A DNA stretch of 64,000 bases from an uncultured Thermomicrobiales bacterium. GTDB taxonomy: Bacteria; Chloroflexota; Chloroflexia; Thermomicrobiales; CADCWN01. Below, piece by piece: positions 59,597 through 64,000 of the stretch (positions are counted from its first letter, which is position 1; each line of letters starts with the position of its first letter). The translations under genes were made by a program, and so were the position numbers. Where the stretch lies: contig CADCWN010000015.1 of NCBI GenBank assembly GCA_902806415.1, positions 57,229 to 121,228 of the forward strand, read 5' to 3'. The notes under the pieces were generated by a model. That model saw only the letters and a program-made list of their open reading frames with translations, did no database searches and was not told where the DNA came from.

Positions 59597-59764
59597 CCGG
59601 GAACTCAAGTCCCCGGCTAAGGGCTGCGGCCACGAAGTCCAGTGAACTGGACTAAGTTTGCTCGCGGCGTGGTGGTTCTAACGATAGTCTTGGCCTTTCG
59701 TCAATCTAGTTCACTTCAGTGGACTTCGTGGCCGCAGGCCACTTAGCGCCGGATTTATCCGGCG
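59597..59764. repeat. pair of inverted ~55-nt two-hairpin repeat units
   Basis: TGCGGCCACGAAGTCCA (59625..59641) is perfectly complementary to TGGACTTCGTGGCCGCA (59720..59736). Both arms also carry a CTAAG linker and small terminal hairpins. Confidence 0.8.
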
Positions 59765-59911
59765 ACACCGACTCGCCAGCAGTTAGATACTGATCATAAA
59801 GTTAACCGCCTGACCATGCCCCTATCCCCCGATTGCCCCGATCGCCCCTCCCATGCGAAACTTCGCCCGGCAATCGGGCAGCCATGTCGAGGCTGCATGA
59901 CGAGGAAAGGG

Positions 59912-62900
59912 ATGGGTATGGTGGCTCAGGAAACAGTAGCGTCGGGACAGGGTGTGAACCCGGCATTGCTCAACTCATTGCAATGGCGGCTTGTCGGGCC
60001 GTTCCGTGGTGGGCGCTGCGTCGCGGTCGTCGGACACCCGACCGAGACGCAGACCTTCTACATGGGCACGACCGGCGGCGGCGTCTGGAAGACGACGGAC
60101 GGTGCCCTCAGTTGGCAGAATATCTCCGACGGCTTCTTTAAGCGCGCCTCGGTCGGCTCGATCACCCTCTCGCCGTCCGACCCGAACGTGCTCTACGTCG
60201 GGATGGGCGAGAGCACCATCCGCGGCAACGTCTCACACGGCGACGGGGTCTACAAGTCGGTCGATGGCGGCGAGACCTGGACCCATTGCGGTCTCGCTGA
60301 GACCCGCAACATCGGCAAGGTGCGCGTCCATCCGACGAATCCCGATCTGGTCTACGTCGCGGCGCTCGGCCACGCGCACGGGCCGAATGCGGAGCGCGGC
60401 GTCTACCGCTCACAGGATGGCGGCAAGAGTTGGGAACAGGTGCTGAAGCGCGACGAGAACGCGGGCGGGGTCGATCTGGTGATCGATCCGCACAACCCGC
60501 GCGTCATCTACACCTCCCTCTGGGAGGCGCGGCGCGGCGCGCACTACATGGTCAGCGGCGGCGCGGGCAGCGGCCTCTTCAAGTCGACCGATGGCGGCGA
60601 TAGCTGGACCGAATTGACGCGCAACGAGGGGATGCCCGAGGGGGTCATCGGCAAGATCGGGATCGCCGTCTCGCCCGCCCAGCGCGGGCGGGTCTGGGCG
60701 CAGGTCGAGGCCGAGGAGGGCGGGCTCTTCCGCTCGGACGATGGTGGCAAGACCTGGGAGCGGCTCTGCGACGACCGCAACCTGCGGCAGCGTGCCTGGT
60801 ACTACACCCACATCTTCGCCGACCCGCGCGACGCCGAGACGGTCTGGGCGCTGAATGTCGAGTGCTGGAAATCGACCGACGGCGGCAAGACGTTCGAGCG
60901 GGTCGGGGTGCCGCACGGCGACAACCACGACCTCTGGATCGACCCGCAGAACACCCAGCGGATCATCGAGGGGAACGATGGCGGCGCGATCGTCTCGTTC
61001 AACGGCGGGTTGCACTGGACGACCGTTTACAACCAGCCGACCGCCGAGATGTACCACACGATCGCCGACAACCAGCAGCCGTACCGCCTCTACGCCGCAC
61101 AGCAGGACAACACGACGATCACCGTGCCGAGCAAGTCGAATATCGGGGCGATCACCCACGGCGAGACCTACGCGATCGGCGGCGGCGAGAGCGGCTACAT
61201 CGCCATCCATCCCGACGACCCGAATATCGTCTTCGCCGGTTCGTATCTCGGGATGATCACCCGCTACGATCACCGCACCGGGCAGGCCCGCAATATCAAC
61301 GTCTGGCCGGAGTACACGCTCGGCGCGGGCGCGGACGAGGCGAAGTACCGCTTCCAGTGGACCGCGCCGATCGTCCTCTCGCCGCACGACCCGAACACCC
61401 TCTACATCACCGGCAACCACGTCTTCCGCTCGCGCGACGAGGGGACGACCTGGGAGAGTATCAGCCCCGACCTGTCGCGCGCCGACCCCAAGACCCTCGT
61501 CTCGTCCGGCGGGCCGATCACCCAGGACAACACCGGCGCGGAGTACTACGCCACGATCTTCGCGTTCGTGGAGTCGCGCGTGCAGCGCGACCTCTTCTGG
61601 GCCGGATCGGACGACGGCCTGATCCACGTTTCGAAAGACGGCGGCAAGACCTGGGACAACGTAACGCCGCCCGCCGACATCTTGCCGGAGTGGGCACTGA
61701 TCAGCATTATCGAGGCGTCGCCGCACGACCCGGCGGCCGCCTACGTGGCGGCGACGCGCTACAAGCACGACGATTTCGCGCCCTATCTCCTCAAGACCAG
61801 CGACTACGGCCAGACCTGGACCGCCATCGCCGACGGCTTGCCCGCTGATCTCTTCACGCGCGTGATCCGCGAGGACCCGGCCTGGCGCGGCCTCCTCTAC
61901 GCCGGGACGGAGAACGCCGTCTGGTTCTCGCTCGACGACGGGGCACACTGGCAGCCGCTCCAGGCGAACCTGCCGGTCGTGCCGATCCACGATCTGGAGG
62001 TGAAGGGGACCGACCTGATCGCCGGGACGCACGGGCGCTCGATCTGGATCCTCGACGACATCAGCCCGATCCACGAGATCGCGCGGCGGCGCGCGGCGGG
62101 CGAGGCCGAGCGCGCGGCCCTCTACGATCCGCAGGCGGCGATCCTCTACCCGCCCCGCCCGGCGATCCGCTACGGCCAGGGGTTCGATTTCGGCAGCACC
62201 GCGAAGGTCGGCACCAGCTACCTGATGACCGGTTCGACGATGCTCCCCTACCAGCAGCGCAAGGACGAACTGGGCAACGACGACCCGCGCCGACTCGACT
62301 CCGGCAATAACCCGCCCTACGGCGTCCTCGTCCACTACACCCTGCCGGAGGGCCACGACGGGAAGGTGACGCTGACCTTCCTCGACGGCGACGGCAAGGA
62401 GATCAAGTCGTTCCGCCCGAAGGGGAGCGCGGAAGAGGAGAAGAAGGCGAAGGAGGCGGGCGACGACGACGCGCGGCTGCCGGTCGCGATTGGGGCCAAT
62501 CGATTCCTCTGGAATCTGCGCTACGAGTCGCCGAAGAAGCTCGTCGGCGATGTGTCCACGGCGATGTCCGGCGGCGTGCAAGGGCCGCAGGCCGCGCCGG
62601 GCGACTACCGCGTACGCCTGACCGTCGGTGAGACGACGCAGGAGCAGCCGTTCACGATCGTCCCCGACCCGCGCAGCAGCGCCACGCCGGACGACTTCGC
62701 GGCGCAGTTCGCCCTGCAGCAGGAGATCGGGGCCAAGCTCTCCGACGCGCACAACGCGATCCTGCAACTGCGGCAGATTCGCCAGGAGGTCGAGCGCTGG
62801 GAGGAGCGGGCGAAGGACAAACCCGAACTGGCGCGGATCCCGGAGACGGCGCAGGGGCTGAAGGAGAAGTTGCAGAAGATCGAGGATGAGCTGATCCAGC

Positions 62901-63151
62901 ACCGCGCCAAGGGGATGCAGGACACCCTCAATTACCCGATCAAGCTCAACGCCAAGCTGGTCTTCCTGGCCGGAGTCGTCGGCAGCGGCGACGGCCCGCC
63001 GACCCAGGGCGCGCGCGAGGTCTTCGCCGACCTCGCCAAGCGCGTCGATGCCCAGCGCGACGCGCTCAACGATGTCCTTTACGAGGACGTCGTCTCGTTC
63101 AATGCCCTCGTCGCCAGCTTCCAACTCCCGGCGATCACGCCACCGGAGTAA
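59912..63151 (+). CDS. BNR/Asp-box repeat (sortilin/VPS10-type) glycosyl-hydrolase-like protein
   Basis: About ten Asp-box motifs (SVDGGETWT, SQDGGKSWE, STDGGDSWT, SDDGGKTWE, SKDGGKTWD, TSDYGQTWT…). The start is ATG 59912 or 59918. Confidence 0.85.
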   Translation: MGMVAQETVASGQGVNPALLNSLQWRLVGPFRGGRCVAVVGHPTETQTFYMGTTGGGVWKTTDGALSWQNISDGFFKRASVGSITLSPSDPNVLYVGMGESTIRGNVSHGDGVYKSVDGGETWTHCGLAETRNIGKVRVHPTNPDLVYVAALGHAHGPNAERGVYRSQDGGKSWEQVLKRDENAGGVDLVIDPHNPRVIYTSLWEARRGAHYMVSGGAGSGLFKSTDGGDSWTELTRNEGMPEGVIGKIGIAVSPAQRGRVWAQVEAEEGGLFRSDDGGKTWERLCDDRNLRQRAWYYTHIFADPRDAETVWALNVECWKSTDGGKTFERVGVPHGDNHDLWIDPQNTQRIIEGNDGGAIVSFNGGLHWTTVYNQPTAEMYHTIADNQQPYRLYAAQQDNTTITVPSKSNIGAITHGETYAIGGGESGYIAIHPDDPNIVFAGSYLGMITRYDHRTGQARNINVWPEYTLGAGADEAKYRFQWTAPIVLSPHDPNTLYITGNHVFRSRDEGTTWESISPDLSRADPKTLVSSGGPITQDNTGAEYYATIFAFVESRVQRDLFWAGSDDGLIHVSKDGGKTWDNVTPPADILPEWALISIIEASPHDPAAAYVAATRYKHDDFAPYLLKTSDYGQTWTAIADGLPADLFTRVIREDPAWRGLLYAGTENAVWFSLDDGAHWQPLQANLPVVPIHDLEVKGTDLIAGTHGRSIWILDDISPIHEIARRRAAGEAERAALYDPQAAILYPPRPAIRYGQGFDFGSTAKVGTSYLMTGSTMLPYQQRKDELGNDDPRRLDSGNNPPYGVLVHYTLPEGHDGKVTLTFLDGDGKEIKSFRPKGSAEEEKKAKEAGDDDARLPVAIGANRFLWNLRYESPKKLVGDVSTAMSGGVQGPQAAPGDYRVRLTVGETTQEQPFTIVPDPRSSATPDDFAAQFALQQEIGAKLSDAHNAILQLRQIRQEVERWEERAKDKPELARIPETAQGLKEKLQKIEDELIQHRAKGMQDTLNYPIKLNAKLVFLAGVVGSGDGPPTQGAREVFADLAKRVDAQRDALNDVLYEDVVSFNALVASFQLPAITPPE

Positions 63152-63234
63152 GTGATGTAAGGGAAACAGTACTGCGTTCTAAGGTACTGAGGAAGGACTC
63201 GAACTTCTGAAGTCGGCGTCATTCATTTAGAGCT

Positions 63235-63273
63235 GGGGGGGCGCAAGGGAATTCCCTTGCGCCCCCCTCTTTT
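63235..63273 (+). terminator. rho-independent terminator
   Basis: GGGGGGGCGCAAGGG, AATT loop, CCCTTGCGCCCCCC, followed by TCTTTT. Confidence 0.8.
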
Positions 63274-63528
63274 ACCTCCTTAAGGAAGAATAAAAGGGCA
63301 GCGTCTCCGACATAATGCTTGTGTGGTCAGTTGCAAATCAGTCATTGCGGCTGATGATAGTGTAACCGGTGCCAAAATCAATGTGTCGTAAAAGTTTTCT
63401 TTAGGGTGTTGGTAGAGAATATGAGGTCAAGTTGGAGAAATCTACTACTTCGTGCTTCCAGGCGAACATCTGTTCATCTGCTAGAATTGTAGGCGTGTGT
63501 TCGTACAGTTAGCCTGGGGGGTGTCTCG

Positions 63529-64000
63529 GTGATAGTGGACGAATCGAGCGAGCGTCTTGTTTATGCTTTCCCCGACGCTAATCTCTTCATGCATTTCACT
63601 ATGTTCACTGCGGTCAATTGGCCGGAACTGCTTGAGGCCGATCAGGTGTGCTTAGTCCTTGCTCCTAGCGTCATGCGTGAGCTAGAAAAGTTCAAAGACG
63701 ATAGCTCACAACAGGCACGCCGCGATCGAGTCCGCGATGTTCTTTCTAGACTCAAACCCCTGCTGCGGGGTAGCACCACGGAAAAGCCAGCAGTCGTCAG
63801 CCATGGTGTCTCAATGTTCGACATCACGCGCGAACCCTCGATTGCATGGCAAGATTTTGGCCTCGATCCGCAGATAGGAGATGATCGGCTTCTTGCCAGT
63901 ATCCTCACGTTTGCGCCAACACCTCCCGGTCACGTAGTGCTGCTGACCAACGATTTCCTGGCAGAGCGGAAAGCGACAAGCCATGGAATCTTGTCATGGG
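63529..64000 (+). CDS. PIN-like domain protein (runs off the right window edge)
   Basis: Absent from the track because there is no stop in the window. My translation from GTG 63529 reads (M)IVDESSERLVYAFPDANLFMHFTMF…LVLAPSVMRELEKF…GDDRLLASILTF…VVLLTNDFLAERKA… The spaced D/E/D/D pattern fits a PIN fold. The region is AT-richer (29/60 G+C on a counted line just upstream). Confidence 0.6.
   Translation, partial: MIVDESSERLVYAFPDANLFMHFTMFTAVNWPELLEADQVCLVLAPSVMRELEKFKDDSSQQARRDRVRDVLSRLKPLLRGSTTEKPAVVSHGVSMFDITREPSIAWQDFGLDPQIGDDRLLASILTFAPTPPGHVVLLTNDFLAERKATSHGILSW

Noticed and set aside
60410-63124. 904-aa - strand ORF
   Set aside because: It is antisense to the BNR/Asp-box gene, whose + frame carries about ten clear Asp-box motifs. 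The minus frame is an Arg/Gly/Val-rich shadow.
63195-63204. tRNA gene or tRNA 3' fragment on the minus strand
   Set aside because: GTTCGAGTCC resembles a T-loop, but the flanking bases do not form a 5-bp T-stem, acceptor stem or anticodon arm. No tRNA can be supported.

Overview
This is a 64-kb, very GC-rich bacterial chromosomal segment. Hand-counted 60-nt lines in typical genes run from about two-thirds to over 80% G+C. Protein sequences and repeat content suggest a Chloroflexota-type organism (Thermomicrobia- or Chloroflexia-like), but that is inference only. I can support about 55 protein-coding genes. Core functions: mutS, the tsaE-tsaB-rimI-tsaD operon, rplU-rpmA-rpmE, sodA, upp, an OTC-like carbamoyltransferase, glpX, thiM, clpS and uvdE. 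Accessory content: a GNAT/AAC(3) pair, an APH-like kinase plus MGT-type glycosyltransferase pair, a DUF433/DUF5615 toxin-antitoxin pair, two Uma2 endonucleases, DUF429, an ECF-like sigma factor with partner, an HTH-NB-ARC STAND ATPase, c-di-GMP signalling genes, an orphan secretion-ATPase-like gene next to an HExxH protein, and a sugar-oxidoreductase/amidohydrolase cluster. I saw no rRNA, tRNA or CRISPR array. Many long ORFs in the track are antisense or upstream read-through artefacts of the high GC, so I trimmed or rejected them. The most unusual signal is non-coding. About ten intergenic elements are built from tandem heptamer arrays with inverse-complementary arms (STRR-like, one per 6-7 kb). 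They sit exactly on gene boundaries and share an AGTCCGT-AGAAGGG signature. Three smaller hairpin/TIR repeat families are also present. Other points worth a second look: two AT-richer patches (7445..8240 with orphan genes, and 63152..64000 with a PIN-like gene running off the window), several decayed genes (PAS-GAF-GGDEF, a Gfo/Idh/MocA fragment, a GAF remnant), and several proteins with atypical motifs. All calls rest on reading the sequence and translations by eye. No searches or folding programs were run.
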